Below, one piece after another: positions 44,645 through 53,731 of a DNA stretch of 56,586 nucleotides. The DNA comes from Actinomycetes bacterium (lineage in GTDB: Bacteria; Actinomycetota; Acidimicrobiia; Acidimicrobiales; JANYDT01): NCBI GenBank assembly GCA_031368095.1, contig JANLQX010000312.1, positions 1-56,586 of the forward strand. Reading direction: 5' to 3'. Position numbers and translations under genes: made by a program. Numbering within the stretch: position 1 is the stretch's first letter; every line of letters begins with the position of its first letter. The notes below the pieces were generated by a model, which saw nothing but the letters and a program-made list of their open reading frames with translations, was not told the DNA's origin and ran no database searches.

Positions 44645-45550
44645 ATGACCAACCACGCTCGCCCCGCTGTTTCCCTTATCGCCGTGCCCGGCCGACGGGC
44701 CGCCACGATTGCGCTGGCGAAAGAGCTCGAGGACGGCGGTTTCGCCGGGATCTGGTGTCCGAGCTATGGCGACTGCATGGCGCTGTGCCAGGAGATCGCA
44801 CGGGTCACCACCACGATCAATTTCGGCACGTCGATCCAGCCGATCTACCTCCGTCATGCCACCGAGCTGGGGAATCATGCGGCCTTCATTCATGAGATGA
44901 GTGGTGGCCGATTTCACCTCGGCCTCGGCGTGAGTCACGGCCCGGTCCACGAGCAGCTCGGGGCGACGGTTGGCAAGCCCCTGAGTGATATGCGTGCCTA
45001 CGTTGCCCAGATGCGAGCGAATGAGCGATCGTCGGGTGCCCTTCCGCCGATCGTCCTCGCCACGCTGCGCGACAAGATGCTCGACCTGTCGATGGAGATC
45101 AGCAACGGCGCCGTGTGGGCCAATGCCTCGTGTTCGAACATCGCCACCCAGGCGGCCCGCGCCCGGGCCGGGAGCGGCGACGAGTTCTTCCTCGGCAACA
45201 TGCTGCCGACGGTGATCGACGACGATCGTGATGCGGCGCGGGCCGTCCACCGCAGGACCCTCAACGGGTACATCCGTCTGCCGAACTACCGCAACTACTG
45301 GAAGGCCGCCGGTTTCGAGGACGAGATGGTGGCGATTGAAACGGCGCTGGCGACGGGTGACAAGGCGAGCCTCCCCGGTTTGATGACGGACCGTTGGATC
45401 GACGACGTCACCCTGTCCGGGAGCGCCGCCCAGGTTCGTGATGGCGTGGAGCGCTGGCAGGCCACCGGAGTGACCCCGATCCTCGTTCCGGCGGCCACCA
45501 GCGGGGGCCAGATGAAGGCGTTTGCCGATCTCTTTGCTATGTACGCATAG
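44645..45550 (+). CDS. luciferase-like monooxygenase (LLM) family oxidoreductase, possibly F420-dependent
   Basis: TIM-barrel LLM pattern: GFAGIWCPSYGD...GRFHLGLGVSHGP...ATGVTPILVP. Confidence 0.7.
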   Translation: MTNHARPAVSLIAVPGRRAATIALAKELEDGGFAGIWCPSYGDCMALCQEIARVTTTINFGTSIQPIYLRHATELGNHAAFIHEMSGGRFHLGLGVSHGPVHEQLGATVGKPLSDMRAYVAQMRANERSSGALPPIVLATLRDKMLDLSMEISNGAVWANASCSNIATQAARARAGSGDEFFLGNMLPTVIDDDRDAARAVHRRTLNGYIRLPNYRNYWKAAGFEDEMVAIETALATGDKASLPGLMTDRWIDDVTLSGSAAQVRDGVERWQATGVTPILVPAATSGGQMKAFADLFAMYA

Positions 45551-46465
45551 CTACGTCCGTAGGAGGAGATTCTCCGGCTCCGCCCCGGCAAGTAGTCGTT
45601 CGAGCTGGGAGCGAACGAGCGGGTACACGTTGTCGAAGTACCGCGTGGTCGCCCCCGCCACGTGCGGGGTGATGGTGCAGTTCGGAGCTGTCCATAGCGG
45701 ATGTCCATCGGGCAAGGGCTCAGGCTCGGTCACGTCGAGGATGGCCCGCAATCGTTCATTCGTAAGCTCGCTTAGTAGTGCATCGGTGTCGACTACCGGC
45801 CCACGCGCGGCGTTCATGACGATTGCTCCGTCCGGGAGCGCGGCAAGGACCTCAGTTCCGACGAGGTTGCGGGTGGCGTCCGTGAGTGGCGTGAGGACCA
45901 CGAGGATGTCCGTCGTGGGGAGTGCGCCGCCAAGCTCGGCAATGCCGCATACGTGGTCCCGAGCCGATCGGGCAAACACCGTTGTGGTCGCGCCAAACGT
46001 GGCCAGCATCGCTTCGAGCGCCTGGGCGATCGGGCCGTAGCCGAGGATCGTCACCCGCTTGTACGCAAGGGTGTCCGAGAGATGGCGCCTCCAGACCCCG
46101 GTGCGCTGGTACTCGGCAAACACCGGAAGATCACGAAGATGGCTGAGCAACATGGCGACGACCCACTCGGCCACCGGCTTGGCGTTGGCCGCCCCGGTGT
46201 TGGCCAATTGCACATGGGCTGGAAGGGCCGGCTCGATCCAATCAACCCCGGCGAACAGCGATTGGACGAATCGAAGCTTCGGCATCGTCACCACCGCAGC
46301 GGTGAGTTGCTCGGTGTCGCCGGGGATCAACGGCACGACGAGGGCGTCAACGTCGGCGCCATCGTCGGGCAGGTCCGCACCGCCGTCCCACACGCTGGCG
46401 GTGACGCCATCTGGCAGGCCGCCCATGCGATCGATCGAATCATGAGCCGGTAACCAAACATGCAT
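45551..46465 (-). CDS. D-isomer-specific 2-hydroxyacid dehydrogenase family protein
   Basis: ORF trimmed to the ATG at 46465. NAD fold VTILGYGPIAQAL. Catalytic region NAARGPVVD...DVTEPEPL...ITPHVAG. Confidence 0.75.
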   Translation of the reverse strand: MHVWLPAHDSIDRMGGLPDGVTASVWDGGADLPDDGADVDALVVPLIPGDTEQLTAAVVTMPKLRFVQSLFAGVDWIEPALPAHVQLANTGAANAKPVAEWVVAMLLSHLRDLPVFAEYQRTGVWRRHLSDTLAYKRVTILGYGPIAQALEAMLATFGATTTVFARSARDHVCGIAELGGALPTTDILVVLTPLTDATRNLVGTEVLAALPDGAIVMNAARGPVVDTDALLSELTNERLRAILDVTEPEPLPDGHPLWTAPNCTITPHVAGATTRYFDNVYPLVRSQLERLLAGAEPENLLLRT

Positions 46466-46523
46466 GGCGTGGAGTTTTGCGGTCGACGCGTGGGTTCGGA
46501 CAATCGTCCCGCCGTGGAGCGCG

Positions 46524-47306
46524 TCAGACGTCGTCGATGGCGGCGCTGAGCGCGACCACATCGCCACCATCGAACACGCTGCGGTCGCCGACGCGCGATA
46601 CGAACCCGAGTTGCAATCCGCTCGACGCATCGCGCACGGCAAAGAACCGCTCCAGGCCGTTGTCCTTGACCAGCACGTCGGTCTGTACTGCGGTGTGGCG
46701 AGCGAGGAGATCGTCACGGAGGTAGGTGGCGTTCAGGACTTCGAGGGCCAAGTGGTGGACACCGTTGGGAAGAGGCCCACCGGGGCGATCCGGTGACGAC
46801 TCGACGAGCACAAGAGTGACTCCCCCGGCATCAACCACGGCGCAGTGCAACCCGGGGTGATCGACGTGCTCCGTGCGTGGCTCCATCACGGCAAAGCCAA
46901 GGCCGCCAACGAACCATTCCGTGGCGGCGTCGAGGTCGGCAACGACCACGCTCACGTGGTCGATCCGGCACGCCGCGGTCTGCATCGCCGAGTTCACTTC
47001 GGGGGCGGACGGCGCCTCCGCACTCGTTCCAGTCCGCAGTGACACGGCCTCGACCCGGTGGGCCTCGCCGAGCAGGAGACGAAAGAGAAGATCGGCGAAC
47101 CGTTCGTCGATGTCGAGTTCGCGGGCCCACGCCGCCCGGGTCGAGAGGACCTCACGGACCCGCTCGGGGGCAATCACCTGCGTCGCCGACTCGCCCTTGA
47201 CCTCGGCCACCTCATGGACGGCGGCAAATCGTCGAGCCAAAACCTCGAGCAACTCGCGATCGCACCCATCGATTACCGAACGCAGCTCAGTCAGTGACCG
47301 TGTCAT
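46524..47306 (-). CDS. chorismate mutase (AroQ type II) fused to a VOC/glyoxalase-fold domain
   Basis: The N-terminus LRSVIDGCDRELLEVLARRFAAVHEVAEVK...RE..V is an AroQ helix pattern. The C-terminus IDHVSVVVADLDAATEWFVGGLGF...GVHHLALEV is VOC beta-alpha-beta-beta-beta. Confidence 0.7.
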   Translation of the reverse strand: MTRSLTELRSVIDGCDRELLEVLARRFAAVHEVAEVKGESATQVIAPERVREVLSTRAAWARELDIDERFADLLFRLLLGEAHRVEAVSLRTGTSAEAPSAPEVNSAMQTAACRIDHVSVVVADLDAATEWFVGGLGFAVMEPRTEHVDHPGLHCAVVDAGGVTLVLVESSPDRPGGPLPNGVHHLALEVLNATYLRDDLLARHTAVQTDVLVKDNGLERFFAVRDASSGLQLGFVSRVGDRSVFDGGDVVALSAAIDDV

Positions 47307-47344
47307 CGCGCATCATTCTGACCCGTGCCGCGGATCGACCGCGC

Positions 47345-48295
47345 TCAGCCGGTGAAGGCGGGCTCGTCGACCACCGCCGTGGCCGGGGCCGGGGTCGGGG
47401 CGGGGGCGGGTGCGGCGGTCGTGGCGGGCTGAGTGTTGTCGGGCACCGTGGTGGTCGGAGGTGAGGTGGTCACCGTGGTCGGATCCGGGTCGACGGTGGC
47501 GGGCATCGACACGGTGGCGACGATCGCCGTCCGACAACCGGCGTCGGCGACGCGAAGGTCCCAGCACGACGATGGCGTCTCGATCACCGTCACCGTCGCA
47601 TCGTTCGGCGCGCCGCTCGTGTCGTCGAAGCGCACCCCCGGAGTGTCAGCACTAAGCGTGCATACGGTCCCGGCGGTGATGCCGGTTCGGACGCGCCGCT
47701 CGCCCAGTCGCAGACGAAACGTTTCGTTGACCGCATTGTCGCGACACCGCAGGGTCAACCCCACCGAGCCGGTCGACGGTGCACCGTCGACGGACCGAAG
47801 CGACACCGAAAGGTCCCCGGCGAATCGAAGCGTGGCCGTGATGGTCTGCCCGAGTCCGGCAGGCGCAGAACGGAAACCACGGGCCGAGACGCGTCCGGGA
47901 AGCGCCGCTGGCGTGGAGCCATCGGCGCGGACTGCCTGCGCGGTGGCGTACTCGACCGAACCGGCCGCCACATCAACCGCCTGCAATGTGCACTGGACGT
48001 CACCACCCACTGGGATAGTACTACGTGCACGTAGGAGTGCGTCGTCTAGCTTGGTCGGAGTACCAACACGAAGGAGCACCTCACCGTCAGCATTGACGGA
48101 AGATTCAGTTGCGTCCGGACCACAGCGCACGACCGCCTTGATCGGACCGACGGTGACCGGGTCCCGTCCGAGCACCACCAAGACAGCGTCGACCGACGCC
48201 GGGTCGGCATCAGCACGTAGGACACCGACCGAGAGGAGGGCGAGCGCGCCCACGCCGACAGCCGCGATCCGAAGGCGCCGACTCACCATGTCCAT
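47345..48295 (-). CDS. secreted protein with two Cys-pair beta-sandwich (DUF5979/SpaA-like) modules and a Pro/Thr-rich tail
   Basis: Start MDMVSRRLRIAAVGVGALALLSVGVLRADA (signal peptide). The modules are VRCGPDA...VQCTLQAVD and LRCRDNA...GTVCTLSAD. The tail is TTSPPTTTVPDNTQPATTAAPAPAPTPAPA. Confidence 0.5.
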   Translation of the reverse strand: MDMVSRRLRIAAVGVGALALLSVGVLRADADPASVDAVLVVLGRDPVTVGPIKAVVRCGPDATESSVNADGEVLLRVGTPTKLDDALLRARSTIPVGGDVQCTLQAVDVAAGSVEYATAQAVRADGSTPAALPGRVSARGFRSAPAGLGQTITATLRFAGDLSVSLRSVDGAPSTGSVGLTLRCRDNAVNETFRLRLGERRVRTGITAGTVCTLSADTPGVRFDDTSGAPNDATVTVIETPSSCWDLRVADAGCRTAIVATVSMPATVDPDPTTVTTSPPTTTVPDNTQPATTAAPAPAPTPAPATAVVDEPAFTG

Positions 48296-48355
48296 CAGCC
48301 TATTCCCCAACCGAGAATGGCGCGGCCCTCGGGCATCGGTCCCTACACTCGGGGT

Positions 48356-51097
48356 ATGGAACGGCGAATTTCTTCTCGAGCTCTCATTGGCATCGGCGCA
48401 CTCATCAGCGCACTTACGATCGTTCAGCAACCAGTCTCGGCGCAACCGGCCGAGCCGCTCGCCTCTCGGTCAGCGTCGAGTGTGCCCTTCGACGTGAAGA
48501 TCGACGGTGGTCCAACGTCGCTCAACACTGAGCAATCGGCGGTATTCATCTTCATCGCAACCGCCGGTCAAACCTTCTCCGTCAACGCCAACCGACCGTG
48601 GAGTGGTGAGGATCCGTTGGGTCGGGGCTTCGGCGATAGCGACGTGATCACGGCCACGAGCAGCGGCCGCTACCTACTCTTCCTCGACGCCGCGGCCACG
48701 GCACCGGCCACGGTCACGCTGACCACCGTGAGCCCGAGCCCGATCATCATCACGGTGAACCCGGGTAACCCGATGACGTTTCGATCGTCGGAACTTCGCG
48801 ACCAGCAGGGGCGGGTCCGCCTCAAGGCCGGTCAGCGGTACCGGCTCAGTGTCCCCAAGGGACAGACCGACGCCACGTTCTGCGCCGGTGACTGGTCGGG
48901 TCCGGCGATCACTTCGTACGGGTGCGTGAGTGGATCAACAAGAGACGAAGCTGATCCATTCGTGGCCTTCATCGCCAACGATTCGACCGACGCCGTTGTC
49001 ACCGCCAACCTGGACAGCACCCGAGGCCCGCTCACGGCGACAGCCACCATTAGCGAAGCGCCGAACGACGAGATCCTCGACGTCTCCAAGGACCCCATCG
49101 TGCAGCGCGCTCCGTTACCCGGCCAGTCGCTCGTCGTGCCGTTCTGGGGGACGCCCGCGGAACGAGCGGTGGTGTCGTCGCCGGTCGAAGCGAACGTGGC
49201 GCCGTGGGGGCAGCCGTGGATCGACCGTGAGGTCATCGGCACCGACCGCGTAAAGGTGGCCGCCACTCCCGTGGTCTTCAAGCCCACGTTCGCACCGTTC
49301 GTGTCATGGACCGGACCAACCGCCCCGAACTCCGCACCCAATACCCAGCGCTTCGGTGTGTATCGGGGCGAGGACAACGCCGTCGCCGTGACGACCGATG
49401 GCAAAGAAGTGACCGTTCGAAATAGTCCGTGGTTTGCGTCAATCGCCTCGATGCAGCTCGAACCCGGGGCGCGTTACGCGCTGCAGATCATCGGGAACAA
49501 TGTGCGTCCGCTGTCGCTGGCGTTACGTGATCCGAGTGGCAAGTTCTCGTCGAACCTCAGTCCGTGGCAGTGGACGGCCGACGGTCCCGATCAACGGGCC
49601 CTCACCACCTTCACCGCCGACCGGGCCGGGGGCTGGGCGTTGGAGATGCGTCCGTCGGGAAATCGCGTCCACGACCTGCGGGTGTCCATCACCCGAATCG
49701 GTGGGGGCGGCGGCTTCGAGGGCGTCGTCGATGTCGACGATGTGCTCACCGTCGGCGAAAAGACCGATGTGCAGCTCGGCCCCAACGAGTTCGCCCGATT
49801 CACCGTCAAACTCACCGTGCCCACGGCGCAACTCATCCAGCCCGACGTCCTCCGCTACCGCAACACCACGTTCCAGCCGACGGCCGCCGATCTCAGTCTG
49901 TGGGACAGCCGCGGTCGGCTCGTCTGGGCGAACAATCGCAACCTCGAAGAAGAGGTCCTGTCGGGACGTCTCGGCAAGGAGCCCCAGCTCGAAGAGAAGT
50001 TCGCCACCGTGGCATCGGCCGATGCGTACACGCTGATCGTTGACCCGCATACGGATATCTCCGGTCGCTTTCGCATCTCCGTTACCTCGAGTCCGGTGAA
50101 GTCCGACGTCGCCCTCGGCAACGGCCCCGTACCGCTCGTCCCCGGTGGCACGCTCACCGGCGTGGTTGAAGTGCGCACGCCGACCAAGTACCGCCTGACC
50201 GGGGCCAAGGCGTGCATCACCGCAACGTCGACGGCCGACTGGGCCATCTCGTCGACGGGTGCGGTCCCGGCGCCGGCGCCGGCCGCCAGTGTCGAGCCGG
50301 TGGTGCCGACGACCGCCCCACCGGCCGTACAGGCCACACCTGCCCCGGCGGCGGTTGCTGCGGCCGGTGGACGCTGCGTCGAGAACGGTCGGACCATCGC
50401 TCTTCCCGTCGGTGTTCACCGCTTCACGTTCACCGAGCCGCTGACGAAGCCGGCCACCTTCGCCGCCCTTCCCGACGGCGCCGCAGCGGACCAACTCCGG
50501 ACGATCAACGCCGCCGTCGGCTCAACGGTGAGTGTCCCGGCCGATTCCCGCGGGAGCGCCATCGCCGTCAATCTGCCCGACGCCGGAGGTCGGTATCTCG
50601 TGCTCGGCTCCGACGGTGCGTTCGTGTCCGCCACCCTTGAGCACGCCGACGGCAGCCGCACCCTCGCCTCCGGGCTGTTTGTTACGAGAGCGGCCGGCCC
50701 GCAACGCCTGTTGTTCGGTCCAACCCCGCAACCGTTCACGGTGACGGTGGTTCGGGCCCCGGCCGAGGTCGCCACCGGCAGCTTGGCGGTGGGCGCCCGG
50801 CAACGTGTCTTCTCCATCGCCAGCGGTCAACGGCTGGAGCTCGCCGTAACCGTTTCTCGGCGACCCGGCGTCCGTCTCGAAATCGTCCCGACCACCGATG
50901 CGGCGGGCCGGGCGACGGGATCAGCGCAACTGTTGTACGTCGAGAACACCAAGCGTCAACGCTTCGAGATCGACGGTGACCGCCTGCTGATCGCGCCGGG
51001 TCAGTACCGCTTCGTCTTCGAGGGCTTCGGCAAAGTCCGCGTCACCCTCGCCCAGCTCCGGGCCACCGACGCCAAGCTCGTCATCATCGACGGCTGA
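48356..51097 (+). CDS. large (913 aa) secreted protein built from repeated PPC-like beta-sandwich modules, no recognisable catalytic domain
   Basis: ATG at 48356 (MERRISSRALIGIGALISALTIVQQPVSA signal peptide). It carries a recurrent G-x-Y-x-L/F motif (GRYLLFLD, GQRYRLSV, GARYALQI, ADAYTLIV, TKYRLTG, GGRYLVLG, GQYRFVFEG). One module also has a pattern like ADLSLWDSRGRLVWANN. Confidence 0.55.
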   Translation: MERRISSRALIGIGALISALTIVQQPVSAQPAEPLASRSASSVPFDVKIDGGPTSLNTEQSAVFIFIATAGQTFSVNANRPWSGEDPLGRGFGDSDVITATSSGRYLLFLDAAATAPATVTLTTVSPSPIIITVNPGNPMTFRSSELRDQQGRVRLKAGQRYRLSVPKGQTDATFCAGDWSGPAITSYGCVSGSTRDEADPFVAFIANDSTDAVVTANLDSTRGPLTATATISEAPNDEILDVSKDPIVQRAPLPGQSLVVPFWGTPAERAVVSSPVEANVAPWGQPWIDREVIGTDRVKVAATPVVFKPTFAPFVSWTGPTAPNSAPNTQRFGVYRGEDNAVAVTTDGKEVTVRNSPWFASIASMQLEPGARYALQIIGNNVRPLSLALRDPSGKFSSNLSPWQWTADGPDQRALTTFTADRAGGWALEMRPSGNRVHDLRVSITRIGGGGGFEGVVDVDDVLTVGEKTDVQLGPNEFARFTVKLTVPTAQLIQPDVLRYRNTTFQPTAADLSLWDSRGRLVWANNRNLEEEVLSGRLGKEPQLEEKFATVASADAYTLIVDPHTDISGRFRISVTSSPVKSDVALGNGPVPLVPGGTLTGVVEVRTPTKYRLTGAKACITATSTADWAISSTGAVPAPAPAASVEPVVPTTAPPAVQATPAPAAVAAAGGRCVENGRTIALPVGVHRFTFTEPLTKPATFAALPDGAAADQLRTINAAVGSTVSVPADSRGSAIAVNLPDAGGRYLVLGSDGAFVSATLEHADGSRTLASGLFVTRAAGPQRLLFGPTPQPFTVTVVRAPAEVATGSLAVGARQRVFSIASGQRLELAVTVSRRPGVRLEIVPTTDAAGRATGSAQLLYVENTKRQRFEIDGDRLLIAPGQYRFVFEGFGKVRVTLAQLRATDAKLVIIDG

Positions 51098-51118
51098 GCG
51101 ACAAGGGCGCCGACGCGT

Positions 51119-51152
51119 CCCCAACCGCCAGCCCTACCCCAACCGCCAGCCC
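51119..51152. repeat. 16-nt direct repeat CCCCAACCGCCAGCCC x2 (18-nt period)
   Basis: The copies are 51119-51134 and 51137-51152, in the 74-nt convergent gap between 51097 (+) and vapC (-). Confidence 0.85.
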
Positions 51153-51171
51153 AAGTGTGGAATGTGGGGGT

Positions 51172-51612
51172 TTACGGAACCGCCGACCAGCTCTCGTCGA
51201 GGAATTCAAGCTGCACGCCGAGTTGCGCGTAGGTCCCAAGAGCTCGTCGGTCATTGGTGAGTAGCGGAAGCTTCGCCTCACGCGCCGTCATGGCCACGAG
51301 TCCGTCGTAGATCGATCCGCCGGCGACCTGAAGGTGGGACAACTCGCGTGAGAAGGCCCGCTGCGCGCGCTCATCGGGAAAGACGGTGGCAGGAAAGTTC
51401 CGTTCCAAGAGTGCGGTGACCTCATGAACCGGGCGCCGTTGCGGGGCCGGTAGCCGAGACAGCACCGAGAACGTCTCGAACCAGGCGTGGCCGGCGAGGC
51501 CCACTTGGCGAGTGCCCACGGCGACAAAAGCGGCCTCGTGGTTGGCGTGATCAGCGAGGCACAGAGCAACGGCGCAACTGCTGTCGAGAAGGACGGTTCC
51601 AGCCTTCGCCAC
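51172..51612 (-). CDS. vapC: PIN-domain toxin (VapC family)
   Basis: VLLDSSCAVAL (first acidic residue) and LLTNDRR (C-terminal Asp motif). GTG start at 51612, 6 nt after the antitoxin stop. Confidence 0.8.
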   Translation of the reverse strand: MAKAGTVLLDSSCAVALCLADHANHEAAFVAVGTRQVGLAGHAWFETFSVLSRLPAPQRRPVHEVTALLERNFPATVFPDERAQRAFSRELSHLQVAGGSIYDGLVAMTAREAKLPLLTNDRRALGTYAQLGVQLEFLDESWSAVP

Positions 51613-51617
51613 GAGGG

Positions 51618-51854
51618 CTACCGCTGTCCGTCACGGCGCAGTCGATCGACCATTTCGTCGTCGATCGGCTCGCCGGTGGCAGGTACAACGAGGAAACGTC
51701 CGCGAGACACGAGCCCGGAACCAGGCGACGCCTCGATGTGAACGCCGGTCCCATCGAGCTCCACCCGGAGGGCGACGCCCGGAACCAAACCGGCTTGCTC
51801 TCGAATCGCCTTCGGGATGACGATTCGCCCGGCGGCATCGATAGTCGTGTGCAT
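51618..51854 (-). CDS. vapB: AbrB/SpoVT-fold antitoxin (VapB family)
   Basis: MHTTIDAAGRIVIPKAIREQAGL is the swapped-hairpin motif. ATG at 51854 within ORF 51618..51881. Confidence 0.75.
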   Translation of the reverse strand: MHTTIDAAGRIVIPKAIREQAGLVPGVALRVELDGTGVHIEASPGSGLVSRGRFLVVPATGEPIDDEMVDRLRRDGQR

Positions 51855-51967
51855 GCCACCAAAATACCACCGCCATGGCATCCGGCTACCAGGTCACGGG
51901 CCGGCACCAGCCAAGTCCTTAGCGAGCTCGACCGCAGTTGATCGGGGCAGCCTGCGACAATGGCGGT

Positions 51968-53731
51968 GTGCTCGCGTATCGCCCTCCGCTGTCGGACCTC
52001 CGCTTCAGTCTCGACCTCGTGGCCCCGAAGCTGCATGAGCTGCCGGGGTTCGACCACGCCGATCCGTCGACCGTCGACGAACTGCTGGCCGAGTTCGGCA
52101 GGCTCTGCACGTCGGTCATCGCTCCGACCAACGAAGTCGGTGACCGCCAAGGTCTGATCGTTGATGCGGCCACTTCGACCATCACCACGCCCGACGGTTT
52201 CAAGGAGGCGTACAAGGCCTACGTGACTGGCGGATGGGGGGCCGTGGCGGCCGATGCGGCCTATGGCGGAGGCGGGTTTCCGCACACCATCGGGTTGGCT
52301 ATTTCGGAGATGCTGGAGTCGTCGAACATGGCCTTTGCGCTGTGCCCGATGCTCACCCAGGGGTCGATCGACGCGCTCGGCCACTGGGGTTCGGAGTCTC
52401 AGAAGGAGCGCTACCTCGGGCGACTGGTGTCCGGGGAGTGGACCGGAACGATGAATCTCAGCGAGCCCGACGCCGGATCCGATGTTGGCGCCCTGCGGAC
52501 CAAGGCCGTGCTCGCCGACGATGGCACATGGCGAATCAGCGGTCAGAAGATCTACATCACGTGGGGCGAGCACGACTTGGCCGACAACATCGTGCACTTA
52601 GTACTTGCTCGCGTCGACGGTTCCCCCGCCGGGACCAAAGGCATTTCGTGTTTCATCGTGCCGAAGTTCATCGTTGGTATCGATGGCGCACTGGGCGCAC
52701 GTAACGATGTCAGAGTCGTGTCGACGGAGCACAAGATGGGAATCCATGCGTCGCCCACTTGCGTGCTGGCGTTCGGCGACAGCGGCGATGGTGCCGTGGC
52801 CGAGTTGATCGGCGAGGTCAACGACGGCATGCGAGTGATGTTCACCATGATGAACACGGCGCGCTTAGCAGTTGGGCAACAGGGTCCGGCCATCAGTGAG
52901 CGGGCCCACCAGCTGGCGGCCGCGCATGCACTCTCCCGGGTGCAGAGCCGAGTCGTCGGGTCCACCGATCCTGCGGCCACCATCGCCGGTCACCCTGATG
53001 TGCGCCGAATGCTCTTTACTATGCGCTCCTACACCGAGGCGCAGCGGCACCTCGTGTTCGTCAATGCCAACGCCATCGACGAATCACGCGCGCTTACCGA
53101 TCCGATCGCCCGCGCCCGCGCCGCCGAGCGAGCCGATCTCCTCACGCCACTGTCCAAAGCGTGGTGCACGGACCTGGGCAACGAAGTGGCATCGATCGGA
53201 GTGCAAGTGTTCGGCGGAATGGGATTCTGCGAAGACACCGGGGCATCGCAGCTCTACCGTGACATTCGCATCGCGGCAATCTACGAAGGCACCAACGGCA
53301 TCCAGGCCCTCGACCTCATCGGCCGCAAACTTGGCATGCGAGATGGCGCCGTCGTCGTCGAACTTCTCCACGAGATTCGTACGTGCGCCGATGGTCTCCC
53401 ACCGCTCCTTGCTCGTGCGCTCCGGGAAGCCGCCGACGTGGCGGAAAGTTCGTCGGCGTGGGTGCGGTCCACCATGTCCACCTCGCCACGCGATGCCATG
53501 GCCGGGGCCACCCCGTACCTACGCCTCCTGGCGACGACCGTCGGCGGGTGGCTCATGGCCCGCCAGTATCTGGCCGCCACCGGATCCGACCCTGTCGCCA
53601 CCGGACGCCGGGCCACAGCCGAGTTCTTCCTCACCCAGCTCCTGCCGCCCGCCGTGTCGCTCGGCGTCCAGGTCACCGCCGGCGTCAGCGTCTTCGATGC
53701 GGTCGCCGACGTGGCGTTGGCGAGTAGCTAA
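51968..53731 (+). CDS. long-type acyl-CoA dehydrogenase (FadE with C-terminal extension domain)
   Basis: GTG at 51968 (VLAYRPPLSDLRF). Motifs: TGTMNLSEPDAGSD, YITWGEHD, YEGTNGIQALDLIGRKL. Confidence 0.8.
   Translation: MLAYRPPLSDLRFSLDLVAPKLHELPGFDHADPSTVDELLAEFGRLCTSVIAPTNEVGDRQGLIVDAATSTITTPDGFKEAYKAYVTGGWGAVAADAAYGGGGFPHTIGLAISEMLESSNMAFALCPMLTQGSIDALGHWGSESQKERYLGRLVSGEWTGTMNLSEPDAGSDVGALRTKAVLADDGTWRISGQKIYITWGEHDLADNIVHLVLARVDGSPAGTKGISCFIVPKFIVGIDGALGARNDVRVVSTEHKMGIHASPTCVLAFGDSGDGAVAELIGEVNDGMRVMFTMMNTARLAVGQQGPAISERAHQLAAAHALSRVQSRVVGSTDPAATIAGHPDVRRMLFTMRSYTEAQRHLVFVNANAIDESRALTDPIARARAAERADLLTPLSKAWCTDLGNEVASIGVQVFGGMGFCEDTGASQLYRDIRIAAIYEGTNGIQALDLIGRKLGMRDGAVVVELLHEIRTCADGLPPLLARALREAADVAESSSAWVRSTMSTSPRDAMAGATPYLRLLATTVGGWLMARQYLAATGSDPVATGRRATAEFFLTQLLPPAVSLGVQVTAGVSVFDAVADVALASS

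Noticed and set aside
47345-47380. The C-terminal ...EPAFTG as an LPxTG-like sortase sorting signal.
   Set aside because: The protein stops immediately after TG. There is no hydrophobic segment or positively charged tail, and the downstream frame holds only a few codons before the next stop.
69-50494. Many long ORFs antisense to, or out of frame with, the called genes. Examples: 69..821, 1285..2460, 7447..8661, 8800..9609, 13472..14200, 23028..23783, 28751..29923, 33040..33945, 35299..36567, 39972..40721, 43436..44425, 49523..50494.
   Set aside because: These are the expected shadow ORFs of a ~70% GC genome. Their translations are Arg/Gly/Pro/Ala-rich with no recognisable motifs, and each is fully overlapped by a gene with clear family signatures.
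51119-51152. The 16-nt direct repeat CCCCAACCGCCAGCCC x2 as a functional element.
   Set aside because: It has only two short copies in a convergent terminator gap and no inverted symmetry or other context. I record it as a feature but do not think it is worth follow-up without genome-wide copies.
51172-51854. vapBC as the edge of a mobile or defence island.
   Set aside because: There is no integrase, transposase, tRNA target, direct repeats or obvious compositional break around it. Stand-alone vapBC modules are common in actinobacterial chromosomes.
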